A stretch of 64,000 nt of DNA from Anaeramoeba ignava BMAN (lineage: Eukaryota > Protista > Anaeramoebae). The stretch lies in assembly GCA_028826165.1 (NCBI GenBank), contig JAPDFW010000104.1, positions 162,985-226,984 of the forward strand, read 5' to 3'. Below, one piece after another: positions 40,805 to 52,387 of this stretch. The position numbers and the translations under genes were made by a program. Below the pieces are notes generated by a model. That model had not been told where the DNA came from. It was given only the letters and a program-made list of their open reading frames with translations, and ran no database searches. How positions within the stretch are numbered: the first letter of the stretch is position 1; the number at the start of each line of letters is the position of its first letter.

Positions 40805-41195
40805 CAATTTTAATTTTAATTTTAATTTTAATTTTAATTTTGATTTTGATTTTTGAATTTGATTTTGAATTTAATTTTAATTTTGATTTTGATTTTGATT
40901 TTAATTTTAATTTTGATTTTGATTTTTGAATTTAATTTTGATTTTAATTTTAAATTTTAATTTTAATTTTGATTTTAATTTTGATTTTAATTTTAATTTT
41001 GATTTTGATTTTAATTTTAATTTTGATTTTGATTTTAATTTTAATTTTAATTATAATTTTAATTTTGATTTTAATTTGATTTTGATTTTAATTTTAATTT
41101 TAATTTTAATTTTAATTTTGATTTTAATTTTGATTTTGATTTTGATTTTAATTTTGATTTTAATTTTGATTTTGATTTTGATTTTAATTTTGATT
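40805..41195. repeat. (TTTTAA/TTTTGA)n hexamer microsatellite
   Basis: Direct reading. Confidence 0.95.
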
Positions 41196-41390
41196 TTTCA
41201 TTCTCTTTTTTTGATTTCTCTTTTTCAAATTAAAAAATCAAAAATTAAATTTTTTATTTCATTTTTTTTAAATTAAAAAAAGAATAAGAAGAATTTATTT
41301 TTTAATTAATAAATTTGAAATAAATTTGAATTTGTTTGATTTAATTGAAAATAATTAATTTCTCTTTTAATTTAATTGATTATTTCTTGT

Positions 41391-43343
41391 TTAAAAAATT
41401 AAACAATTTTTTTCTTTTTTTTGATTTTGATTTTGAATGTAATTTTGATTATTAAATTTTTTAATTAATAAATCAAATAAATTTGGATTTGTTTGATTTA
41501 ATTGAAAATAATCAATTCCAATTTGAATTTCATTAATAATTTCTTGTGTAATTTGGATTTCATCTTTAATTTGATTTGAATAAATCCAATATTCAAATAT
41601 TTGAAATGATTTATTACTTAATTCACTATAATCTGTAACTTTATTAGAAGTATCTTTTGTTACAGATAAAAACATTCCTCGATATAATTCACTTCTCATT
41701 ATTAATATTAATTTTGGAAATTTATATTGTTTTTCTTTTCTTTCAATTATAAAATCTTTTTCATTTAAATAAATTCTTTTCATTGTTTCTTCAATTTTTT
41801 CATTTGAATTTATAATTTCTTTAATTTCAGAATATAATTTTGGATTTATTTTAGAATTGTTTGAATAAATCATTTCAAATATTTGATTTGATTCTTTAAT
41901 TGATTTTTTTGAAATAATTTCTTGAAGTTTTTCAATTTGATTTTGATTTTGATTTAATCTATATTTCAATATTAATTTATGAGCTTCAATTATTTCTCCA
42001 TTTTCTGTTTTAAATGAACTATCACAAAATTCTTTTCTTCTAAATAATTTTATCAAATCTTCTTCAAGATTGGAAAAAGAAAGAGAAGAATAATAAAGAA
42101 ATGAATTGTTTTCACCACAAGAAATATGATAATTAGAAATATCTTCATTAAATCTTAATTTAGGAAGTTCAATTTGAATTGGAATTAGTTGATATTCTGT
42201 ATCTCCAGTTCCTAATTGACCATAAGAATTACCTCCGAATCCTATCAATTTTGAATTAGAAGTTAAAATCAAAGTATGATAACTTCCAACAGAAAAATCA
42301 AGAATATTATCATCTTTAAATAAAGATAATTTGATTTCAGTAAATTCATAAGTATCTTCATTTTTGCCAAGTCCATTAAATCCGTTATGACCACATGAAT
42401 AAAGTTTTCTTTTTGGATTTTCATTTTCATTTTCATTTTCATTTTCAATCAACATTATTGAATGCCAATATCCACATTGAATATCAATTATTTTGCCTTT
42501 TGGAATATTTTGAATTTTGGTTAATTTATTGATTTCTATTTCATTTCTTGATTCTCCTAATCCAAGTTGACCATATCCGTTATCACCACATCCAAATAAT
42601 TCTTGATTTGAATTTAAAAGAAAAACAAAATATGAAGAATTTCCTGAAAATATTTTAGAAACATTTTTCATCATTAAAATTGGTTTTTCTGTTTTTGGAA
42701 GGATTTGATAATCAAAACCAAGTTGACTATTGTTATTTAATCCAATTCCATAAACATTTTGATTTGAAGTTAATAAGTAAATTGAATTAGCTCCAGAAAC
42801 AATATCTTGAATTATTCTATCATTTTTATCTTCAATTAATGATGAAATATTGATAAATTCATTTGAATTATTTGGATTAATATCTATTCCTTTGGCAAAT
42901 AAATTTCCTTCTATTGTTAAAATAGCTACATTTTGAGAACCAATAGTTACTTTTTGAATATTTTCTTCAATTTGGATTTTTTCAGGATCAGGTGAATATT
43001 CTTTTTTATCGATCAAGTACTTAATTGATTTATCATCTTCAACAAGAGAAATTATTTGTGAATTTATTGTTGGAATTTGATCAAGTTGATTTTCATTTTG
43101 ATTTAGATTTTCAATTTTAATTTCATTTTTGGAAAGTTTTGATTTTTCATCTTCTTTTAAATATTCTATTGCTTTTCCATTTTTAAAAAGGAAAATTGTT
43201 GAAATGTTTCCTGATAAAATTTGTTTAATTTGTTTTTCATTTTCATTTTCAAATTTAAATTGAATTGGTTTTATTATTTTATTTGGTTTATTTTTTATAA
43301 GTTTTGGGTTTTCATTTAAACCAAAAAATAAAATTTCATTCAT
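41391..43343 (-). CDS. RCC1-like + tandem BTB protein (paralog B), C-terminal CaaX CLIF
   Basis: Near-identical scaffold to paralog A; ends KKEKNCLIF*. Confidence 0.9.
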   Translation of the reverse strand: MNEILFFGLNENPKLIKNKPNKIIKPIQFKFENENEKQIKQILSGNISTIFLFKNGKAIEYLKEDEKSKLSKNEIKIENLNQNENQLDQIPTINSQIISLVEDDKSIKYLIDKKEYSPDPEKIQIEENIQKVTIGSQNVAILTIEGNLFAKGIDINPNNSNEFINISSLIEDKNDRIIQDIVSGANSIYLLTSNQNVYGIGLNNNSQLGFDYQILPKTEKPILMMKNVSKIFSGNSSYFVFLLNSNQELFGCGDNGYGQLGLGESRNEIEINKLTKIQNIPKGKIIDIQCGYWHSIMLIENENENENENPKRKLYSCGHNGFNGLGKNEDTYEFTEIKLSLFKDDNILDFSVGSYHTLILTSNSKLIGFGGNSYGQLGTGDTEYQLIPIQIELPKLRFNEDISNYHISCGENNSFLYYSSLSFSNLEEDLIKLFRRKEFCDSSFKTENGEIIEAHKLILKYRLNQNQNQIEKLQEIISKKSIKESNQIFEMIYSNNSKINPKLYSEIKEIINSNEKIEETMKRIYLNEKDFIIERKEKQYKFPKLILIMRSELYRGMFLSVTKDTSNKVTDYSELSNKSFQIFEYWIYSNQIKDEIQITQEIINEIQIGIDYFQLNQTNPNLFDLLIKKFNNQNYIQNQNQKKEKNCLIF

Positions 43344-43543
43344 TTTTAAATTTGATGAAAGAAAAAAAATGAAAAAAAAATGAAAAAAAAATTTTTTTTT
43401 CTTTTCAAAAAATTTTTTCGCATTTTGATTATTTTTTAAAATTTTTTAAATTTCTTAATTAATAAATTTGAAATAAATTTGAATTTGTTTGATTTAATTG
43501 AAAATAGTTAATTTCTCTTTTAATTTAATTGATTATTTCTTGT

Positions 43544-45359
43544 TTAAAAAATTAAACAATTTTTTTCTTTTTTTTGATTTTGATTTTGAATGTAATTTTG
43601 ATTATTAAATTTTTTAATTAATAAATCAAATAAATTTGGATTTGTTTCATTTAATTGAAAATAATCAATTCCAATTTGAATTTCATTAATGATTTCTTTT
43701 GTAATTTGAATTTCATCTTTAATTTGATTTGAATAAATCCAATATTCAAATATTTGAAATGATTTATTACTTAATTCACTATAATCTGTAACTTTATTTG
43801 AATTATCTTTTGTTACAGATAAAAACATTCCTCGATATAATTCACTTCTCATTATTAATATTAATTTAGGAAATTTATATTGTTTTTCTTTTCTTTCAAT
43901 TATAAAATCTTTTTCATTTTCATTTTCATTTAAATAAATTCTTTTCATTGTTTCTTCAATCATTTCATTTGAATTTATAATTTCTTTAATTTCAAAATAT
44001 AATATTGGATTTATTATTCTGTTTGAATAAATCATTTCAAATATTTGATTTGATTCTTTAATTGATTTTTTTGAAATAATTTCTTTAAGTTTTTCAATTT
44101 GATTTTCATTTTGATTTAATCTATATTTCAATATTAATTTATGAGCTTCAATTATTTCTCCATTTTTTGGTTTTAAATGAAATATCACAAAATTCTTTTC
44201 TTCTAAATAATTTTATCAAATCTTCTTCAAGATTGGAAAAAGAAGAAAGGAAAGGAGAATAATAAAGAAATGAATTGTTTTCACCACAAGAAATATGATA
44301 ATTAGAAATATTTTCATTAAATCTTAATTTAGGAAGTTTAATTTGAATTGGAAATGATTGATATTCTGTATCTCCAGTTCCTAATTGACCATAAGAATTA
44401 CCTCCAAATCCTATTAATTTTGAATTGGAAGTTAACATCAAAGTATGATAACTTCCAACAGAAAAATCAAGAATATTATCATCATTTTCAAATAAAGATA
44501 ATTTGATTTCAGTAAATTCATAAGTATCTTCATTTTTGCCAAGTCCATTAAATTGATAATTTCCACATGAATAAAATTTTCTTTTTGGATTTTCATTTTC
44601 ATTTTCATTTTCAATCAACATTATTGAAAAATTAAATCCAGTTTGAATATCAATTATTTTGCCTTTTGGAATATTTTGGATTTTGGTTAATTTTTGGATT
44701 ATTGCTTCTGTTATTGATTCTCCTAATCCAAGTTGAAAATAAAAATTATTTCCAGATCCAAATAATTCTTGATTTGAATTTAAAAGAAAAACATGATTTG
44801 AAGAATTTCCTGAAAATATTTTAGAAACATTTTTCATCATTAAAATTGGTTTTTTTGTTTCTTTAAGTGTTTTAAAATCAAAACCAAGTTGACCAAAATA
44901 ATTTAAACCAATTCCATAAACATTTTGATTTGAAGTTAATAAGTAAATTGAACTATTTCCAGAAACAATATCTTGAATTATTCTATCATTTTTATCTTCA
45001 ATTAATGATGAAATATTGATAAATTCATTTGGATTATTTGGATTAATATCTTTTCCTTTGGCAAATAAATTTCCTTCTTTTGTTAAAATAGCTACATTTC
45101 GAGAACCAATAGTTACTTTTTGAATATTTTCTTCAATTTGGATTTTTTCAGGATTTTGATTTAAATATTCTATTGCTTTTCCATTTTTAAAAAGGAAAAT
45201 TATTGAAATGTTTCCTGATAAAATTTGTTTAATTTGTTTTTCATTTTCATTTTCATTTTCATTTTCAAATTTAAATTGAATTGGTTTTGTTATTTTATTT
45301 GGTTTATTTTTGATAAGAATTGGAAATTGATTTAAACCAAAAAATAAACAATCATTCAT
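43544..45359 (-). CDS. RCC1-like + tandem BTB protein (paralog C), CaaX CLIF; single frameshift in a homopolymer at ~44165
   Basis: ORFs 44148-45359 and 43544-44188 join at FKTK/NGEIIEAH, as in paralogs A and B. Confidence 0.88.
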
Positions 45360-45402
45360 TTTTGAAAAAAGAAAAAAATGATTTTTGTTTGTTTTTTCAA
45401 AA

Positions 45403-47286
45403 TTAATTTTTCTTTAATCTTTCATCTTCTTTTTCAATAAGTCCAAATTTTTTTGCTAATTTAACTTTAAATTTCTTGTGATATTTAATATAATTTTCAG
45501 GAGGAAATTGATATTTTTTAATTTGATCTTTTTGTTCTTGATCTAAATAATTTTTAAATTGAGGATCTTTTTTGAATTTTTGGAAATTTTTACCAATTTG
45601 AATCATACAAAATTCTTCAAGAATTTGAGCATTACATTGACTTGAAACATTTAAAGCAAAAACAAGCATATCTTCATGAAGATTTTCCATTAAATCCTTT
45701 TGACATAATTGATGAAGTCTTGGAATTTGGAAATAATCACAAATAATAAGAAGTTCCAACATAATTTTATTAGCTTGAATAATTTGTTTTGTATTTCCAG
45801 TTTGTTTTGCTGTGATTACATTTGGTGGCAAGAATCTATCTGAATAAATATATTCAATAACAAGTAAAAAGGAATCAAAACTAATATCAGAAAGTAATAT
45901 TTCTTCTTTCTTTTTTTCCATCATTTCATTTCGAAGAACTAATTGAAAATATTCACATCTTTGTGAAAGAATTGGTGAATGAACAAAGAATCTTCTTTCT
46001 CTTGCTTTTTCATCTTCTTTGATTATAATTCTGAAATCACTAAATGGTGATTTTCTAAGAAGCATTGCAAATCGATTTGACATTGTTATAATTTCATTTG
46101 AAAGTAATTCTGAAATTTGATTTTCCAAATCTGAAATTTGCGTTAATATTTCTTTCTCATTTTCTTTTTTTTCTTTCAATTTATCTTGCAAATCCAAAAT
46201 TGAAATGCTCTTATTCATAATATTTTTCAAACTATCAATTTTGAAAATTTGTGAAATTGAAAGTAAATCATTTGATAATTTAACACTTTTTTTCACTTCT
46301 TCATCAATAATTGCTGAATATAAAAATCTTATCATTGAATAAAAAGATTGAATTGAGAAATATTCAGTTGAAAGAGTAAGTATTTCTCCTTTATTTTCAA
46401 TCAATTTCAAATTAACGCTGTTGCAAGTTTGTTGAATTTCTTCAAGTTTATTTTCTTTTAATCCTCTGAAAATTTTACCAAATGTAAAACATCTTGAAGC
46501 AAGAATAGCTTGATGAGCATCAAATGATGAATAACCTTGATTATTTGAATTATCAAAAAAACTAAATTTAACATCAGTATTGATTTTATCTTGGAAAATC
46601 TTATCATAATCAAATTGTAAAGAGCTTTGTTGAATATCAATAGAAGGAAGAGTAAATTCATCAGGTAATTCACATTCTTTTTTGGGAACTAATAATTTCC
46701 TTAACCATTTCTTTTTCTTTTTTCTTTTTTCCGTTTCAATATAATGATCCCAATTTTTCATCAATTTAGATAATTGAATAACAACTGATTCAACTTGTTC
46801 ATAATTATGGCAATCCAATTCCATAAAAGGTAAATTTCTTTCAATACAAAAAGTTTCAGCTTCTTCTTTTCTAACTTGTCTTTGATCTTCCAAATCAATT
46901 TTATTTCCAACAATAAAAATAGGAACAGAATCTGTATCTTTAACTCTTAAAACATTTTCAATCAAAATTGAAATTTCATCAAAACTTCTTCTACTTGTTA
47001 TTGAATAGATAAAAATAAATCCATCACATAATTGCATTTTTCTTGATGTTGTCCAATATGTAAATTCTTCTTGATCAGTTGTATCAAATATTTCTATTAT
47101 TATTTTTTTCTTATCAATTTCTATTTCTTTTCTGTATGTATCTTCTATTGTTGGATCATTTTCTCCTATAAATATTTGTTGTATAAATTGATATGTAAAA
47201 TTTGTTTTTCCTGAATTTCCATCTCCAAAAATTCCTATTTTATATACTTGTAATTGATTGTTATTATTATTATTTTGTTGTAACAT
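45403..47286 (-). CDS. Ras-like GTPase domain + two BTB domains (RhoBTB-like architecture)
   Basis: GDGNSGKT, DPTIED, DTTDQE, VGNKID; BTB1 TDVKF..AHQAILASRC; BTB2 SDFRI..VHSPILSQRCEYF..VIEYIYSD. Confidence 0.9.
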   Translation of the reverse strand: MLQQNNNNNNQLQVYKIGIFGDGNSGKTNFTYQFIQQIFIGENDPTIEDTYRKEIEIDKKKIIIEIFDTTDQEEFTYWTTSRKMQLCDGFIFIYSITSRRSFDEISILIENVLRVKDTDSVPIFIVGNKIDLEDQRQVRKEEAETFCIERNLPFMELDCHNYEQVESVVIQLSKLMKNWDHYIETEKRKKKKKWLRKLLVPKKECELPDEFTLPSIDIQQSSLQFDYDKIFQDKINTDVKFSFFDNSNNQGYSSFDAHQAILASRCFTFGKIFRGLKENKLEEIQQTCNSVNLKLIENKGEILTLSTEYFSIQSFYSMIRFLYSAIIDEEVKKSVKLSNDLLSISQIFKIDSLKNIMNKSISILDLQDKLKEKKENEKEILTQISDLENQISELLSNEIITMSNRFAMLLRKSPFSDFRIIIKEDEKARERRFFVHSPILSQRCEYFQLVLRNEMMEKKKEEILLSDISFDSFLLVIEYIYSDRFLPPNVITAKQTGNTKQIIQANKIMLELLIICDYFQIPRLHQLCQKDLMENLHEDMLVFALNVSSQCNAQILEEFCMIQIGKNFQKFKKDPQFKNYLDQEQKDQIKKYQFPPENYIKYHKKFKVKLAKKFGLIEKEDERLKKN

Positions 47287-47324
47287 ATTTTTTGAAAAAA
47301 TGAAAAAAATGAAAAAAATGAAAA

Positions 47325-48375
47325 AAATTTTAATTTAATATTTAATTTAAAATTTATTTAAAAATAATAAATAAATTGATTTTACTATTTAATTATAAAT
47401 TAAAATAGATTTATAAATTGATATTTTTAAATAAAAATATTTTTATTAATTTAATAAATTTATTAAATTTTCTAGAATAATTTTAATTTAATATTTAATT
47501 TAAAATAATATTTAAAAATGATTTATAAATTGATTTTATTATTTAATTATAAATTAAAATAGATTTAAAAATTGATATTTTTAAATAAAAATATTTTTAT
47601 TAATTTAATAAATTTATTTAATTTTCTAGAATAATTTTAATTTAATATTTAATTTAAAATAATATTTAAAAATAATAAATAAATTGATTTCACTATTTAA
47701 TTATAAATTAAAATAGATTTAAAAATTAATATTTTTAGATAAAAATATTTTTATTAATTTAATAAATTTATTTAATTTTTAGAATAATTTTAATTTAATA
47801 TTTAATTTAAAATAATATTTAAAAATGATAAATAAATTGATTTCATTATTTAATTATAAATTAAAATAGATTTAGAAATTTATATTTTTAAATAAAAATA
47901 TTTTTATTAATTTAATAAATTTATTTAATTTTTAGAATAATTTAATTTAATATTTAATTTAAATATTATTTAAAAATAATAAATAAATTGATTTTATTAT
48001 TTAATTATAAATTAAAATAAATTTAGAAATTGATATTTTTAAATAAAAATATTTTTATTAATTTAATAAATTTATTTAATTTTCCAGAATAATTTTAATT
48101 TAATATTTAATTTAAAATAATATTTAAAAATAATAAATAAATTGATTTAATTATTTAATTATAAATTAAAATAGATTTAGAAATTTATATTCTTAAATAA
48201 AAATATTTTTATTAATTTAATAAATTTATTTAATTTTCTAGAATAATTTTAATTTAATATTTAATTTAAAAAATAATATTTAAAAATGATTTATAAGTTG
48301 ATTTCATTATTTAATTATAAATTAAAATAGATTTATAAATTGATATTTTTAAATAAAAATATTTTTATTAATTTA
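47325..48375. repeat. AT-rich tandem array, ~153-bp unit x ~7
   Basis: (T/C)AGAATAAT recurs at ~47472, 47627, 47780, 47933, 48086 and 48239. Confidence 0.92.
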
Positions 48376-48589
48376 TTTCAAAAAGGAAATAATAAATTAA
48401 CATAAAATTAACATAAATTCTTTTTTTAAATTAAATTTTAATGAAAAAAATTGATTTAATTTTGATTTAATTTTTTAAATAAAAAAGGAAAAAAATCCAA
48501 ATTTTTTTAATTCATTTTTTTTTTCCGTTTTTTTTTTTCAATTAAATTAAAATAAAATTATTAAATAATAACAAAAAAAATAAAGCAAA

Positions 48590-50512
48590 ATGGATTCAAA
48601 AAGTAATAGTGAAAGTGAAAGTAATAATGAAAATCAATTTGAAAATGAAAATGAAACTGATTCTGAAAATGAATATGAAAATGAAAATGAAAATGAAAAT
48701 CAATTTGAAAATGAAAATGAAAATGAAAATGAAAATGAAAATGAAAATGAAAATGAAAATCAATTTGAAAATCAAAATGAAAATGAAAATGAAAATCAAT
48801 TTGAAAATGAATTTGAAAATGAAAATGAATTTGAAAATGAAAATGAAAATGAAATTGATAATGAATTTGAAAATGAAAATAAATTAAAAAATATAAAACA
48901 AATGAATAAAAATCAACTTTATGAAATGCCATTAGAAGAATATAATAAATTTTTAGTAGATGAATTTCTAGCTCATCAAAAATTAATTTATCAAACACAA
49001 AAAGATTATGATTTTTTCATTTATGCAGGAAAAGAACAAAAGAAAATACTTTGTCATCAATTAACATTAAATTCAAGATCACCATTTATGTATATAAGAA
49101 ATCATAGTCAAAAAAATCCACATTTTTTCTTACCAGATTTTGAACCAGAAATTGTTGAAAAAGTTATTCATTTCATTTATACAGCAGAAATTGAAATTAA
49201 TAATAACAATTTTGAGAAAATTTATCAACTTGCACATTTATTTATACTTACAACTCTTAAAATCAAAATAGAAAAAGAAATTGAAAATTTTATTAAAAAA
49301 CAAACTAAAGACTTTAATCCACTTGAATATTATTTTAAAAGTTGTGATATTGGTTCTCGTTATCTTATGTCTGTTTGCCAAAAATTAATTGGAGATATTG
49401 GTAATTTTATTGAAAAGGATAAATTTGGAACATTAGATGATAAAAATTTTGTTAAGATTATTAAATTGATTTATTCAAGTGATGCAAAGAATAAAACAAA
49501 ATTATTTTTAGATTTGGCAAAAAAATTTAAAGAAAGTTATGAAAAAACAAGAAAAGAAGAAAAAGAAAAACAAGAAAAAGAAGAACAAGAAGAAAAAGAA
49601 GAAGAAGAAAAAGAAGAAGAAAAAAAAGAAAAAAAAGAACGCAAACATGAATCGATACAAAATTTTTTTAGATTTGTTGATGATCTTAAAGAAAATAAGG
49701 GAATTCAACCCGATTTAATTTATAGTTTTGAATTCAATTCATTTTTACCTTTTGAAGTATTAATTACCATTTTGAATAATAAGTTGGTTGATATAAATGA
49801 AATTAATCAAAAAAAAGCTAAACAAATTAAAGAGTTGAATGATAGATTAAATGAAATTAAAAAATCTATTCAAGATGATAAAGAAAAAAAAACATTTCAA
49901 AAAAGTTTAGAAGATTATTTAAATGATAAAACAAAAGGTTGATTTAATTTAAATTATTAAAAAACCAAAAGAAAAAAAAGAGGAATTTATTAATTAAAAT
50001 TAATTAAAATTAATCAAAATAGATACACTTCCATTTGATCAAGTATTAGAGAAAATATCTTTTTATAAACAAGATGAAAGAATTCAAGAAACAGGAATTT
50101 CTGTTTTAAATCAACTTTCTGATAAAATTAATAGTAAAAAATAATTTAAATATTTAAAAAATTTAAAAATTAAAATTTATATTTAAATAGTAAATAAATT
50201 TAGAGATAAGAATTTAAGAGGAATTCCAATTATTTTAGAAGCAATGAAAGGTTTTGAAGATAATGAAAATATTCAAGAAAAATCAATTCTTTATTTAAAT
50301 AAAATCAATTTTGATTTAAGTATTTAATTATAATTTCCAAAAAAATTTAATTTAAAATTTATTTATTTTTATTTATTTTTTAATTAGATGATATACAAGA
50401 ATTTAAAAATATAAATGGAAATCTATCAATTGAAACAGCATTGAATAAGTTTACTAATAATGAAAACATACAAAATTTAGGAAAAAAACTTTTATCAAAA
50501 TTTAATAATTAA
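48590..50512 (+). CDS. BTB protein with N/E-rich N-terminus and C-terminal armadillo-like repeats (3 short 3' introns)
   Basis: BTB YDFFI..CHQLTLNSRSPF..VIHFIYT. Spliced 3' exons RGIPIILEAMKGFEDNENIQEKSI and SIETALNKFTNNENIQNLG. Confidence 0.75.
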
Positions 50513-50558
50513 ATTTTTTTTTCATTTTTTTTCATTTTTTTCATTTTAAAAAAAAGAA

Positions 50559-52268
50559 ATGGATTCAATTAATCAAAAAGAAATTAATTTAAATTTAATT
50601 AAAAATTATCAAAAATTAATAAAATCAAATCAAAATTATTCAGATATTACTCTTAAAATTGGAGAAAATTTAAAAGAATTTAATTGTCATAAATCAATAT
50701 TAAGTTGTCAATCTCCTTTTTTTGATGTTTATTTAAAAGAAAATCAAGTTGAAGAAATTATTTTTAAAGAAATTTCAGAAGAAAATATGAAACAAATTAT
50801 TCAATTTATTTATACAGGAAATATTCAAATAAATGAATTGAATTTAATTGAAATTTTAAATCTTTCAATTAAATTTAAATTAGAATTACTTTATAAATTA
50901 ATTGAAAAATTAATTATTAAAGATTTTAATTTAAATTATTTTTTTGAAATTTTTGGAAAATTTAATAATTTATCAATTAATTTAAAAGAAAAATGTGATA
51001 AATTTATTCAAAATAATTTGAAAATTATATTAGAAAATGAAAAATTTGAAAAATTAAATCAAAAATCAATTTCCAAAATTATTGAAATTATTCAAAAAGA
51101 TTCACAAAAACAAAATGAAATTCCAATTATTACATTAATTAAAAATTTAGAAAAATGGGTTTCAAATAAAGTTGAAAAAGAAAAAGAAAAGAAGAAAATG
51201 ATGAAAACATTTATTGATCAAATTACAATCAAAACAATTCAAAACTTAATCAATATAGATACAATAACAATCCAAAAAATTTCAGAAAATCAAATGATTC
51301 CAAATGAATTCATTTCTTATCTATTTTCTTCAAAAATGCAAAAAGATAAAGATGAAAAAATCAAAAGAATTGAAAAAGAAAAGAAAGAAAAAGATCAACA
51401 AATTGAAGAAATGAGGTTTATTTTCGAACAAGTACAAAGAGAAAAAGAAGAGAAAGAATTTCGAGAATTACAATTAGTTTTAAAAGATATTCAAAAGAAG
51501 AACAGATAAAAAAAAGTAGAACAAATTAGAATAGAAGAAGAACAAAGAATTCAAGAAGAAAAAAGAATTCAAGAAGAAAAAGAAATTCAAAGAAAACAAA
51601 AAGAAAGAGAATACAAAGAATCACAAGAATACAAAGAAATGCAAGAAAAGAGAGAAAATCAAGAAAAAGAAAATCAAGAAATCTTACAAACAGTTTTCAA
51701 AGAATCCAAAATTATTCAAGATACTAATTACATTCAATATTTAAAAGAATGGATACCAAATGATGAATTATTTAAAAAGATGGAACTTGGATTTTCAGCA
51801 ATAAATGATGGATTTTCAAATAAAAAATTTTATTCAAGATGTAAAGGAAAAACAGAATCATTAGCAATTATCAAAACAAGAAATAATTGTATTTTTGGAG
51901 GATTTACTGAAATTGGATTTGTTCCGAAAAAGGGATTTTCTAAAGGATTTAAATCAAATGGGAAATGGGAAGTTGATAAAAATGCATTTATTTTTACATT
52001 GAAAAATCCAACAAATTATCCACCTTCAAAGTTTAATTATCTAAATGGATCATGTATTTATCAAAGTCCAAGTAATACAATTTGGTTTGGAAATGGAGGA
52101 TATATTGGAATTAAAGATTTATCAACAAAAAAAGGTATAAGTGATTTTGGATATCGAGATCAAGGTTTTGAAATGCCTTTAGGAATGAAATATGGAGAAG
52201 AATCTAGGAATTTTTTTGCAGGATCAAAGAGTTGGAATATTGCAGAAGTTGAAGTTTATTTCAATTAA
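50559..52268 (+). CDS. BTB-coiled coil-TLDc protein (in-frame break at 51507-51509)
   Basis: BTB YSDITL..FNCHKSILSCQSPFF; TLDc DGFSNKKFYSRC..IFGGFT..IAEVEVYF. Both ORFs are in the same frame. Confidence 0.85.
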
Positions 52269-52387
52269 AATTTTTTCTTCTTTTTTTTTTTCCTTTTTTT
52301 TTTTTCCTTTTTATCCTTTTTTTTTTGGATTAAAAAAATTTTTTTTTTCCTTTTTTTTTCCTTCATTTTTTTTTTCCTAAATTAAAA

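Noticed and set aside
37867-45359. Diversity-generating retroelement acting on the RCC1 loops
   Set aside because: Substitutions are not adenine-restricted, and no reverse transcriptase or template repeat is present in the window.
47430-47450. 18-bp palindrome AATAAAAATATTTTTATT in array units
   Set aside because: Palindromes made only of A/T are expected by chance at this composition.
51490-51525. In-frame TAA in BTB-TLDc as stop readthrough or TAA=Gln code
   Set aside because: TAA terminates most genes here, and two compensating homopolymer indels restore a natural QKEEQIKKVE.
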